Origin: Thermoplasmata archaeon
Lineage (GTDB): Archaea; Thermoplasmatota; SW-10-69-26; JACQPN01; JAJPHT01
Direction: 5' to 3'
Assembly (NCBI GenBank): GCA_034667685.1
Contig: JAXDQU010000113.1
Span: forward strand, 1 to 19,530
DNA length: 19,530 nucleotides
Part shown: in pieces, positions 1 to 11,010 of the stretch
How positions within the stretch are numbered: position 1 is the first letter of the stretch
Layout: each line of letters opens with the position of its first letter
The notes under the pieces: model-generated
What the model saw: the letters and a program-made list of their open reading frames with translations, nothing else
Told to the model about the DNA's origin: nothing
Databases searched by the model: none
Position numbers and translations under genes: made by a program

Positions 1-1
1 G

Positions 2-2964
<2,963 letters not shown>

Positions 2965-3037
2965 GATGGCAACACGCGCGTTGCGCGCTGAGCGCAATCG
3001 TCAAACCTCCACCGACCCACGATGGCGCGGTGCGACC

Positions 3038-3388
3038 ATGCGGACGATGCTCCCCCACGCCCTGACCGCCGCCTGCCTTCTCCTTGCGCTCCTCCCGGTC
3101 GCGAGCGCCATCGACGACAAGGGGGCGGTCGACGAGGTCACGCAGAAGGCCAACGACGCCATCTACGAGAGCTACGTGATCGAGTCGACCGTCCTGGGCC
3201 AGGCGCAGGGCGAGGCGGTGTGGGCGTTGCAGACCGCGGCCCCCATTGCCCTCGGGCTCGTCGCGGAGGCCTTGGCGGACGAGCTCTGGGCCGAGCAGAC
3301 CGCGCTGGCGTCGCAGCCCTGCGGCTACGTCCCTCCGCTCTACCTCGTCGCGCAGTGCGTGGCCTTCGTCGACGGCGCGCTCCCCTGA
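3038..3388 (+). CDS. Secreted hypothetical protein with a C-terminal Cys pair
   Basis: Signal peptide MRTMLPHALTAACLLLALLPVASA; GC3-rich codons; ends QPCGYVPPLYLVAQCVAFVDGALP. ATG 3047 is an alternative start. Confidence 0.7.
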   Translation: MRTMLPHALTAACLLLALLPVASAIDDKGAVDEVTQKANDAIYESYVIESTVLGQAQGEAVWALQTAAPIALGLVAEALADELWAEQTALASQPCGYVPPLYLVAQCVAFVDGALP

Positions 3389-3426
3389 GACGCACGCTTT
3401 TCTCGCATGCGCGCCCTGGCGCCCGC

Positions 3427-3900
3427 GTGACCACGGGCCGCGTCCACGCGCTCCACGTCGGCCAAGGCGGCGTGCCCAAGCTCCCGATCCCGGAGGCGCG
3501 CCTCGGCACGCTCGGGTTCGAGGGCGACAAGGTCGCGCTGCCGCGCATCCACGGCGGGCCGGAGCGCGCGGTCTGCCTCTACGCGCTGGAGCGCATCGAC
3601 GCGCTGCGCGCCGAAGGGCATTCGATCTTCCCGGGCGCCATCGGCGAGAACGTCACCACGGCGGGGCTCGACTGGGACCTCGTCACGCCCGGCGTGCGCC
3701 TGGCTTTCGGCGAGGCGGAGGTCGAGATCACCACGTACGCGCAGCCGTGCCGCACGACCGCGCCCTACGTCAGCGGCGACCTGACGCGCTACGACCAGCG
3801 CTCCGCCCCCGGCTGGAGCCGGACCTACGCGCGCGTGCTGCGCGAAGGCATGGTCCGGGTTGGTGACGTCGTAAAATTCAACGACCTCGCCAAAAAGTAG
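3427..3900 (+). CDS. MOSC domain protein (YiiM-like)
   Basis: GGVPKLP, GFEGD, HGGPERAVCLY, PGAIGENVT, QPC and YARVLREGMVRVGD. GTG start at 3427 follows a T-rich box near 3397-3402. Confidence 0.88.
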   Translation: MTTGRVHALHVGQGGVPKLPIPEARLGTLGFEGDKVALPRIHGGPERAVCLYALERIDALRAEGHSIFPGAIGENVTTAGLDWDLVTPGVRLAFGEAEVEITTYAQPCRTTAPYVSGDLTRYDQRSAPGWSRTYARVLREGMVRVGDVVKFNDLAKK

Positions 3901-3950
3901 GACACGGCGATCCTCCCTCGATGGCTCAACCCCCCGCGGCGACGCACTCA

Positions 3951-3980
3951 TCCGCAAGCCCAAGCTCAAATCCAATCTCA
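3951..3980. repeat. Degenerate hexamer tandem repeat (5 units ending in CA)
   Basis: TCCGCA AGCCCA AGCTCA AATCCA ATCTCA in the MOSC/hydrolase intergenic gap. Confidence 0.5.
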
Positions 3981-4034
3981 CGCTGTTGACGAGGGGGGCC
4001 TCCCTTTTCTACCCGGCCGCGCCATGCGCGCGCC

Positions 4035-4715
4035 GTGCCCGACCTGCGCCTGCCCGACGGCGCGACGCTCCGCTGGGAGGAGCGCGCCGGCCGGGGGCCG
4101 CCCATCGTGCTGCTGCACGGCGTCCTCGACGACGCCTCGCTCTGGCGCGCCGTGGCCGACCGCCTCGCGGGCCGGCGCGTGCTCCTGCCCGACGCGCGCG
4201 GGCACGGCGCGAGCGAGCCCTGGCGCGCGGGGCACGATTGGTCGCCCGAAGCCGAGGCGCGCGACGTGGAGCGCCTGCTGCGGGCGCTGGGCGAGCCCGC
4301 GCACCTCGTCGGGCACAGCCGCGGCGCGACGGCCGCCTCGTGGATCGCGGCGACGGAGCCCACCCTCGTGCGAAGCCTCGCGGTGGTCTGCTCGCCGCCG
4401 CAGGCCAGCGAGGCGTTCCGCGCGCGCTTCCGCCAACGGGCGCCGCGCGACGCGCGCGAGGCCGAGGCGCTGCGCTATCTTTCCACGATCCCCGACGAGG
4501 CGTTCCCCGCCGAAGCGCTCCGGCGCTGGCGCGGCCCCGCGCTGGTCGTCGAGGCGTCGCGCGATCCATTCTACGGGCCGACGTCCACGCTCTTCTGGCG
4601 CGTGTTCCTCCCCTACGCCGGCTTCGAGCGGGTCGAGGACGCGGGGCACGACCTGCCGCGCGAGAAGCCGGATTGGCTCGCCGCGCGCCTGCTATCGTTC
4701 TGGGAGGGCGCGTGA
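4035..4715 (+). CDS. Alpha/beta fold hydrolase (Ser nucleophile, short cap)
   Basis: LLHG, DARGHGAS, GHSRG (GxSxG) and AGHDLP (catalytic His). GTG start. Confidence 0.87.
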   Translation: MPDLRLPDGATLRWEERAGRGPPIVLLHGVLDDASLWRAVADRLAGRRVLLPDARGHGASEPWRAGHDWSPEAEARDVERLLRALGEPAHLVGHSRGATAASWIAATEPTLVRSLAVVCSPPQASEAFRARFRQRAPRDAREAEALRYLSTIPDEAFPAEALRRWRGPALVVEASRDPFYGPTSTLFWRVFLPYAGFERVEDAGHDLPREKPDWLAARLLSFWEGA

Positions 4716-5443
4716 AGCTCCACGTCGAGACGGATGGGCCGGAGGACGCGCCGCCCGTCCTGATGCTGCACGGCGCGCTCGCCACCGGCGCCGCCTTCCG
4801 CAGCCAGCGCGTCGCCCTGCGCGATCATTTCCGCCTCGCAGCCCCAGACCTGCGCGGCCACGGCAAGAGCCCACACCTGGCGCGCGACCAATGGGACACG
4901 CTGAACCTCGACACGATGACGCGCGACGTCGAGGCGCTCATGGACCTGCTATCACCCGATGCGCCCCTGCACCTGGTGGGCGTGAGCATGGGCGGCATCC
5001 TCGCCGCGTGGTGCGCGGCGCGCCGGCCTTCGCGGGTGGCGAGCCTGGCCCTCCTCTCCACGAGCGGGACGCCAAGCGCGAAGCGACGGCACTACTTCGC
5101 CACCATCACGCCCGAGACGCTTCCCGTGGGCACGCAACGCCTGAGCGCGCTCTGGCACGGCGAGCCCTACTGGCGCGAGCTGGGCCGGCACCTCTTCGCC
5201 TACTTCGCGCAGACGAGCGGCGAGCATTATCCGGAGCGCCTCGCCCCGCCTCGCGCGCTCGTGGTGCAGGCGAACGACGACGAGATCCTCACCCGCACCG
5301 ACTTCGAGGCGTGGGTCGAGCGCATCGACGCGCCCGTGCAGGTGGTGCACGCGCCGGGCGACCACGCCTTCTTCGCGGACGGCCGGGCGGGCTCGCGCGC
5401 GGCCAACGCGGCGCTACGGCATTTCCTGCTGGAAGAACGATAG
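4712..5443 (+). CDS. Alpha/beta fold hydrolase (Ser nucleophile)
   Basis: MLHG, DLRGHGKS, GVSMGG, NDDEI and GDHAF. GTG start overlaps the previous stop (GTGA). Confidence 0.87.
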   Translation: MKLHVETDGPEDAPPVLMLHGALATGAAFRSQRVALRDHFRLAAPDLRGHGKSPHLARDQWDTLNLDTMTRDVEALMDLLSPDAPLHLVGVSMGGILAAWCAARRPSRVASLALLSTSGTPSAKRRHYFATITPETLPVGTQRLSALWHGEPYWRELGRHLFAYFAQTSGEHYPERLAPPRALVVQANDDEILTRTDFEAWVERIDAPVQVVHAPGDHAFFADGRAGSRAANAALRHFLLEER

Positions 5444-6289
5444 CAGCCGCTCCGCCACTTCCTCGGGCGCGTCCTCGGCCACGAAATGCCCCGCGCCGGG
5501 GAGGAGCTGAAGCTGCGCGCCCGGGATCGCCTTCACGAGCCGCTCGGCGATGGGCGGCGGAAGCCACGGGTCCTCGGCGCCGAAGAGGACGAGCGTGGGG
5601 AGCTTGAGCGAGGCGAGCTTCTCGCGCGCGGCCTCCAGCGCCGCCATGCCCTCGGGGAGCTGCGCCCACGTCGCGAGCACGCTCTCCTTGCCCCCTTCGC
5701 GCGTTGCCAGGCGCCAGTGGGCGTCGAGCGTCTCGCGGGACATCCTTTCGGGCCGCGCGAGGCCCTGCTTGAAGAAGATCTCGAACGCGGGCTGGTTGAG
5801 GAACGGCTTGGCGAAGCCGCGCACGATCGGCACGAGCTGCGTGAGGGCGGGCAACGGCGGACGGAAGTCCTTGCGGTAGACGGTGGTGTTCAGCAGCGCG
5901 AGGCGGCGCACGCGCTCGGGGCTCTCCGTCGCGAAGAGCAGCGCGGCCGGGCCGCCGATGTCGTGCGCCACGAGGTCGACCTGCGCGAGGCCCAGCACGT
6001 CGAGCGTCGCGCGCAGGTGGGCGGCGCGCGCGGCGTGCGTGTAGTCGCCCTTGCGCGGCTTGGCCGACATGCCGAAGCCGGGCCAGTCGAACGCGACGCA
6101 GTCCGCCTGCTCGTGCATCGCCTCGATGACGCCGCGCCACTCGTACGCGCTCGTGGGCGTGCCGTGCAGGAAGACGATGGGCGTGCCGCGCTGCGGGCCG
6201 GCGCGCACGATCCACGTGTCGAGGCCCGCGACGGGGCGAAGCTCGCCCTGGTCGTAGAGGCTCCGCGTGAGAAGGCGGCGCGCGGCCAC
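5414..6289 (-). CDS. Alpha/beta fold hydrolase, haloalkane dehalogenase/epoxide hydrolase-like (Asp nucleophile)
   Basis: FLHGTPTS, DWPGFGMS, AHDIGG, FGAEDPW and AGHFVAEDAP. The 3' end overlaps the convergent hydrolase by 30 nt. Confidence 0.88.
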   Translation of the reverse strand: MAARRLLTRSLYDQGELRPVAGLDTWIVRAGPQRGTPIVFLHGTPTSAYEWRGVIEAMHEQADCVAFDWPGFGMSAKPRKGDYTHAARAAHLRATLDVLGLAQVDLVAHDIGGPAALLFATESPERVRRLALLNTTVYRKDFRPPLPALTQLVPIVRGFAKPFLNQPAFEIFFKQGLARPERMSRETLDAHWRLATREGGKESVLATWAQLPEGMAALEAAREKLASLKLPTLVLFGAEDPWLPPPIAERLVKAIPGAQLQLLPGAGHFVAEDAPEEVAERLLSFFQQEMP

Positions 6290-6310
6290 GCGGCTGACAA
6301 CGCGCGTCCC

Positions 6311-6316
6311 TTATAT
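6311..6316. promoter_or_regulatory. Candidate bidirectional archaeal TATA box
   Basis: TTATAT is the only AT-rich island in the 50-nt gap. It lies 24-29 nt before GTG 6340 (+) and, read as ATATAA, 22-27 nt before GTG 6289 (-). Confidence 0.6.
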
Positions 6317-6339
6317 CAGGGTCTGCGCGTGGCCCCGCT

Positions 6340-6609
6340 GTGACCGACGCGCTGAGCCTGAACCTCGGCGTCCTGCTCGCCATCGCGACGCTGGGCATCG
6401 CGGCGATGCTGCTGCTCGTCAGCCTCGTCTCGTACGTCCGGCTGCGCAGCGCGAAGCTCCTCTTCGCGGGCGGCGCGTTCCTCGTGCTCGCCATCGAGGG
6501 CGCGCTCTGGACGTGGCGCGGCATCGCGGAGCGCGTCACCGACCTTCCCAACCTCGTCCTCTCGTTCCTCGTGCTGGGCTTCCTCTACCTCGCCGTCGCC
6601 AAGCGGTGA
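6340..6609 (+). CDS. Small 3-TM membrane protein, partner of the downstream wHTH
   Basis: Three hydrophobic segments and SYVRLRSAKLLF; 6 nt upstream of the wHTH gene. Confidence 0.8.
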   Translation: MTDALSLNLGVLLAIATLGIAAMLLLVSLVSYVRLRSAKLLFAGGAFLVLAIEGALWTWRGIAERVTDLPNLVLSFLVLGFLYLAVAKR

Positions 6610-6615
6610 AGCGCG

Positions 6616-7239
6616 ATGGCCGACGAGGACCCGCTGCAGCTTGACACGCGGCGCCGCATCTACCAGCACCTCCAGAAGTTCCCCGGCGCGCACATGCGCG
6701 AGATCGGGCGCGAGCTGGAGATCCCGATGGGGACGCTGGAGTACCACCTGCACTACCTCGTCAAGGCGGACCTGCTCACGACGCGCATGGACGCGCGTTA
6801 CACGAGATATTTCGCGACGGGTGAGCTGTCTCGCCGCGAGAAGGACGTGCTCGCCGTGCTGCGCCAGAAGGTGCCCCGCCAGATCGCGGCGTTCCTGCTG
6901 CTCAACCCCGCCGCGAGCCACGGCCAGATCCTCACGCAGTTCGCGCTCAGCGCCAGCACGCTCTCGTTCCATCTCAAGAAGCTCGTGACGAACGGCATCG
7001 TCGCGCAGGAGAAGAGCGGCCGCGAGAACCTCTACCGCGTCATCGAGCCCGAGCTCGTCGCGCGCGTCCTGATCCAGCACCGCGAGAGCTTCTTCGACGA
7101 CGTCGTGGACCGCTTCGCCGCCGTGTGGGAGACGCTGGAGCCCCGCGCGCCCGCGGACGGGATGGGCGGCCCGCCTCCCGGCGGCGGACTGATGATGGTG
7201 CTGCAGGCGATCGTGCGCGTCGCGGTTCCAGCCTTTTGA
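6616..7239 (+). CDS. Tandem winged-HTH transcriptional regulator (archaeal ArsR/MarR-like double wHTH)
   Basis: RRRIYQHLQKFPGAHMREIGRELEIPMGTLEYHLHYL, then a second HTH SASTLSFHLKKLVTNGIV...GRENLY. Confidence 0.88.
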   Translation: MADEDPLQLDTRRRIYQHLQKFPGAHMREIGRELEIPMGTLEYHLHYLVKADLLTTRMDARYTRYFATGELSRREKDVLAVLRQKVPRQIAAFLLLNPAASHGQILTQFALSASTLSFHLKKLVTNGIVAQEKSGRENLYRVIEPELVARVLIQHRESFFDDVVDRFAAVWETLEPRAPADGMGGPPPGGGLMMVLQAIVRVAVPAF

Positions 7240-7244
7240 CGTGT

Positions 7245-7356
7245 GCGCTTCGCGGCTTCGCATGCGACGCGGCGACGAGCGCGACGATGCGACGGCTGCA
7301 GAAAGACGTCGCGCGCGTCGCGTCCGTCGCATCGTCGCATGCGGAGCGCGCAGCGC
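7245..7356. repeat. GCGACG-based approximately 8-mer repeat palindrome between convergent genes (possible terminator or RNA structure)
   Basis: GCGACGATGCGACGG (7281-7295) is the exact reverse complement of 7324-7338. 7255-7269 pairs 14/15 with 7333-7347. Confidence 0.75.
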
Positions 7357-7366
7357 GGGGCGGGGA

Positions 7367-8470
7367 TCACGCCTTGGGCCGGCGGAACAGAACGAACGCG
7401 CTGGGCACGAGGATCACGATGCCAAGCACCGCGCCCACGAGCACGGAGGGCGGAATCTCCTCGATCGCGGTGGCGACGCTGAGCGTGTGGACCGAGTAGT
7501 GGGGCACGGTCACGATCATCTGGAAGGCGTGCGCCTGCGGATCGAAGACCACGTAGTACTCGGGCTGGAAGCCGTCGTTGTCGGGGTTGAGCGCGTCGGA
7601 GAGGTCGTCCGCGCGCGTGAGCGTCTGGTTGTCCAGCTTCACGGCGAGGTCCTCCGCGCGCTGGGCGCCGATGACGTTGCTCTCGACGTTGAAGACGAGC
7701 ACGCGGCCCTCGGTGCCGTTGCCCTGGATCTGGATGGTGAGGTTGCCCCTCTCGGCGCGCATCGTCGTCATGGTGACGTTGCCGTACGAGACGACGTCCT
7801 GGCGCAGGTCGTCGCCCGTCTTGTTGAACGTCGCCTCGGCGCCCACGTGCCCCTCGCCGATCGCGTCGGTGATGTCGCCGCGGTGCTGGTCGAACGCGCC
7901 CTGCGGCTCGTCGAGGTAGATCAGCGCCTCGTCGCCCACGCGCGCGACCAGGCCGTTGAAGGAGAGGTCGTCCGCGCGCAGGACGCCGGAGAGGCTGCCG
8001 GCGGTGAAGCCGACCTGCTTGTCGCCCCGGGGCGTCAGCGTCACGCCGGAGGCGAAGGTGATCGTGGCGCCGCGGTCGGCCTCGAGCCTGGCGACGGCGA
8101 CGGGGTTGTCGTGCGCCGTGAAGCGGTAGCCGGGGGCGCGCACCTGGATCATGGCGCCCTCCGCGCGGACGTCGGCAGAGCCGGGCTGCGCGCCGGTGAT
8201 CGCGAGGTCGAAGACCGGCACGCCGTCGGCCGCGAAGCCGCGGATGCCCGCCGCGTCGTAGGAGAACGAGACGTAGTCGCCGGCGACCGCGTGCGAGGTC
8301 GCCTGGACCGCGAACCGGCCCACGGGGCCATGGCTCGCGTTGGCGTTGCCCCGCCCCTCCTCGGTCGAGGCGCGGGTGGAGCGCTCTTCGCCACGGCCGC
8401 CATCGGCCAGGACGGGGAGGGACGCGGCCACCAGACCGGCCACCAGCAGGATCGGGAGGAAGGCGCGCAT
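7367..8470 (-). CDS. Secreted, C-terminally membrane-anchored cell-surface protein
   Basis: Signal peptide MRAFLPILLVAGLVAASLPVLA; beta-rich body with several NxS/T sequons; VTVPHYSVHTL; C-terminal TM followed by basic tail RRPKA. Confidence 0.82.
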   Translation of the reverse strand: MRAFLPILLVAGLVAASLPVLADGGRGEERSTRASTEEGRGNANASHGPVGRFAVQATSHAVAGDYVSFSYDAAGIRGFAADGVPVFDLAITGAQPGSADVRAEGAMIQVRAPGYRFTAHDNPVAVARLEADRGATITFASGVTLTPRGDKQVGFTAGSLSGVLRADDLSFNGLVARVGDEALIYLDEPQGAFDQHRGDITDAIGEGHVGAEATFNKTGDDLRQDVVSYGNVTMTTMRAERGNLTIQIQGNGTEGRVLVFNVESNVIGAQRAEDLAVKLDNQTLTRADDLSDALNPDNDGFQPEYYVVFDPQAHAFQMIVTVPHYSVHTLSVATAIEEIPPSVLVGAVLGIVILVPSAFVLFRRPKA

Positions 8471-8498
8471 GGGGTTCAGGCCTCGATCCGGGATGCTG

Positions 8499-8506
8499 CT
8501 TATAAA
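8499..8506 (-). promoter_or_regulatory. Archaeal TATA box for 7367..8470
   Basis: TTTATAAG on the minus strand, 29-36 nt upstream of ATG 8470, immediately after the nadC stop. Confidence 0.65.
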
Positions 8507-9355
8507 TCACGTTTGTTGCGGACTTCGAAGGTTCCCGACGCGGGTGACGTCCAGGCCGAAGTCCAGGGCCGGGGCGCTGTGGGTGATCCACCCCATGCTG
8601 ACGCGGTCGGCAGCCTGGGCGTACGCGGCCACGTTCTCCGGCGTGACGCCCCCCGACACCTCGACGAGGAGCCGGGGCCAGCGCCCCTTGAGGACGCGGT
8701 ACGCATCGAGCGCCTGCTGCGGCGTGAAGTTGTCCAGCAGCACCCCGTCCGCGCCGGCCTCCGCGGCGGCGAGCGCCTGCTCCGGCCGGTCGGCCTCGAC
8801 CTGGAGGAACGCGCCCGGCTTGGCGGCGCGGCAGCGCTGCACGGCGCGGGCAACGTCTGGCTCGACTAGGAGGTGGTTGTCCTTGACGAGGAAGGCGTCG
8901 AAGAGCCCGAAGCGGTGCGGATCGCCCCCGCCCACCTCGACGGCGCGCTTCTCGAGCTTCCGGAAGCCAGGCGTGGTCTTCCGCGTGGCCGCGACGCGGC
9001 AGAGCGGGTTCACGGCCGCGATCTTCGCCTGTATCGCCGCGGTCGCCGTCGCGATCCCGCTCATGCGCATGAGAAGATTGAGCGCGAGCCGCTCGCCCGT
9101 GAGCACCGCCGCGGCCGGCCCCTCGACGCGCAGGACGACCTCGTCGGGCTTCACGCGCGCGCCCTCGTGGGTCCGCGCCTCCGCGCGGGCGCCCAGGTGC
9201 GCGAAGACCTGCGCGGCCTCGGCGAGCCCGCAGACGACGCCCGCGGCCTTCGCGACGACGTCCGCCTCCGCGCGCTCGTGGCCCGCGAGCGCCATCGTGG
9301 TGATATCACCCGCGCCGACGTCCTCCTGGAGGTAGCGCAGCAGGTCCGGATCCAC
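8507..9355 (-). CDS. nadC: Quinolinate phosphoribosyltransferase (carboxylating nicotinate-nucleotide diphosphorylase)
   Basis: EDVGAGDITT, ERLALN, SGIAT, ATRKTTPG, HRFGL...KDNH, LLDN and SGG. Confidence 0.95.
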   Translation of the reverse strand: MDPDLLRYLQEDVGAGDITTMALAGHERAEADVVAKAAGVVCGLAEAAQVFAHLGARAEARTHEGARVKPDEVVLRVEGPAAAVLTGERLALNLLMRMSGIATATAAIQAKIAAVNPLCRVAATRKTTPGFRKLEKRAVEVGGGDPHRFGLFDAFLVKDNHLLVEPDVARAVQRCRAAKPGAFLQVEADRPEQALAAAEAGADGVLLDNFTPQQALDAYRVLKGRWPRLLVEVSGGVTPENVAAYAQAADRVSMGWITHSAPALDFGLDVTRVGNLRSPQQT

Positions 9356-9357
9356 GC

Positions 9358-9451
9358 GCCCCCAGCCTCAGCCTCAGCCTTAGCCCTAGCCTCTCCTTCG
9401 TGGGAGGCTAAGGCTGAGGCTAAGGCTAAGGCTGAGGCTGAGGCTGGGGGC
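9358..9451. repeat. Hexamer-repeat (YAGCCY/AGGCTR) inverted repeat, 35-bp stem
   Basis: 9358-9392 is the reverse complement of 9417-9451 at 34/35 positions. There are 5 units on the left and 7 AGGCTR units on the right. Confidence 0.92.
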
Positions 9452-9454
9452 CCC

Positions 9455-10222
9455 ATGCGTGTGTTCCTGGTCGGCTGCGGCGCCCTCGGATCCTCCATCG
9501 CGCGCGGCGTCACGAAGATGAGCGGCGCCTCGCTCGTGGTCTTCGACGTCGACCACGCCAAGGCCGTGAAGGTCGCCCGCGAGACGCTCGCCCCCGTCGT
9601 CAAGTCCGTCGAGGAAGGGATGGGCATGGCGGACGTCGTGGTCGAGGCCGCGAGCCAGCAGGCGCTCAAGGACCTCGCGCCCAAGGTGCTCGGCAAGGGG
9701 CTCCCGCTCATCGCGCTCAGCGTGGGCGCGCTGGGCGATGCGGCGTTCCTCGACGCCGTGACGCGCCTCGCGCGCGAGAAGAAGACGCGCCTCATGGTGC
9801 CCAGCGGCGCGGTGGGTGGGCTCGACGCGCTGCGCGCCGCGGCCGAGGCGGGGCTCACCGAGGTCACGCTCGTCACCGCCAAGCCGCCCGAAGGATTCGG
9901 CCTCCACGACGTCAAGGAGGCGCGCGTGCTCTACGAAGGCCCGGCGCGCGAGGCCGTGGCGAAGTTCCCCAAGAACGTCAACGTCGCGGCGGCGCTCTCG
10001 CTCGCGGGGCTCGGCTTCGAGAAGACGCAGGTCCGCATCGTCGCGGATCCAGCGCTGAAGGCCAACACGCACACCATCGTGGCGCGCGGCGCCTTCGGCG
10101 AGATGACGTGCAAGGTGGAGAACGTGCCCTCGCCGGAGAACCCGGCGTCGAGCTATCTTGCCTCGTTGGCCGCGTTGGCGCTCATCCGACGGTTCGTCGC
10201 GCCGATCCAGGTCGGGACCTGA
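9455..10222 (+). CDS. nadX: L-aspartate dehydrogenase
   Basis: GCGALG Rossmann motif, VEAASQ, SVGAL, PSGAVGGLD, YEGPAREA, FPKNVNVAA, NTHTI and NVPSPENPASSYLA. Confidence 0.94.
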   Translation: MRVFLVGCGALGSSIARGVTKMSGASLVVFDVDHAKAVKVARETLAPVVKSVEEGMGMADVVVEAASQQALKDLAPKVLGKGLPLIALSVGALGDAAFLDAVTRLAREKKTRLMVPSGAVGGLDALRAAAEAGLTEVTLVTAKPPEGFGLHDVKEARVLYEGPAREAVAKFPKNVNVAAALSLAGLGFEKTQVRIVADPALKANTHTIVARGAFGEMTCKVENVPSPENPASSYLASLAALALIRRFVAPIQVGT

Positions 10223-10783
10223 TCACGCGCAGCCGACCGTGACCTTCGCTTGCACGCACACGTCCCCGCTGGGCTGCGGCAGGTTCTCCGTCGGGACCAC
10301 CGCGGGCACGTCGGGCACGACGACGCCGTGCGCCGCCAGTTGGCCGCGCGCCGTCGCCTCGGCCTTCCACGTCGTGTCGTTGACGCGCACGAGCTTGGTC
10401 GTGTCCACGCCCGCGACGTTGGCCTTGGCGTCCACGACGTGCGAGTCGGCGTAGACGCTCGCCTTGCCGTGGAGCGCGAGGTTCAGGTGCGTCATGCGCG
10501 AGAGCTTGTCGGCCCACGCGTCGAAGCAGATCGTCATGAACGCCCAGAATCCCTTGTGGTCGCCGCGGTGCGCGACGCCCAGGCCCGTGTTCTCCACGGC
10601 GCCCGAGTCGAGGTTGTGCCTGACAGGACCGGTGGCGTTGCCGGTCGCGCCGACGTTGACGTGCGACCACCAGTTGTCGCCCGAGCCCGGGTCGCACCGG
10701 GGGCACGGCGAGGCCGCCGCGACGCCCGAGGCGAAGACCAGGAGCACGAGCACGGATGCTATGATTCGCAAGTTGCTGTTCAC
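10223..10783 (-). CDS. Secreted hypothetical protein with CxxC after the signal peptide and a C-terminal Cys pair
   Basis: GTG 10783; signal peptide ...IIASVLVLLVFASGVAAA, then SPCPRCD; ends DVCVQAKVTVGCA. The stop abuts the nadX stop. Confidence 0.72.
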   Translation of the reverse strand: MNSNLRIIASVLVLLVFASGVAAASPCPRCDPGSGDNWWSHVNVGATGNATGPVRHNLDSGAVENTGLGVAHRGDHKGFWAFMTICFDAWADKLSRMTHLNLALHGKASVYADSHVVDAKANVAGVDTTKLVRVNDTTWKAEATARGQLAAHGVVVPDVPAVVPTENLPQPSGDVCVQAKVTVGCA

Positions 10784-10872
10784 CCGCGCCGCCCGTTCGC
10801 TCCGCCCGATATCAGCGCGGTGGATCGGCCGGGGAAGGATCATGGGCGTTCCGGGACGGGTCCTTGATCCGT

Positions 10873-10912
10873 CGGGCTCGTGACCGTGTCCGGGACCGTG
10901 ACCGGGCACGAG
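10873..10912. repeat. Hexamer tandem repeat (CG[T/G]GNN)
   Basis: CGGGCT CGTGAC CGTGTC CGGGAC CGTGAC CGGGCA CGAG. CCGTGACCG (10896-10904) has an inverted copy at 11010-11018. Confidence 0.7.
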
Positions 10913-10956
10913 AAGTCCTACCCTCTCCCTCCCGATCGTCGAGAAGCACGAGCTCC

Positions 10957-11010
10957 ATCTTCGGCATCAGCAAGGCCGCCGTGCACAACCGCCTGGAGGC
11001 AACCGAGCGC
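10957..11010 (+). pseudogene. Remnant resembling the C-terminal recognition helix of an HTH_10 (bacterio-opsin activator-type) regulator
   Basis: Reads IFGISKAAVHNRLEATER with GC3-rich codons, but has no credible start or flanking coding context. Confidence 0.45.

Noticed and set aside
3022-3426. Long N-terminal extensions of the MOSC gene (also dps 17255..17455, hydrolase 3986..4711 and 10784..10909)
   Set aside because: They overlap neighbouring genes or repeats in other frames. Family similarity starts at the downstream start codons chosen.
3911-3998. Possible long hairpin (CCCTCG...TCAAC / GTTGACGAGGG) in the MOSC-hydrolase gap
   Set aside because: Pairing needs a 5-nt bulge and is too short to distinguish from chance at this GC content.
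9358-9451. Possible CRISPR array here or at the other repeat tracts
   Set aside because: Units are 6-8 nt with no unique spacers, and no cas genes are present.
8873-9454. N-terminal extension of NadX including ASASALALAS and AKAEAKAKAEAEA
   Set aside because: This is antisense nadC plus translation of the hexamer palindrome. The Rossmann motif starts right after ATG 9455.
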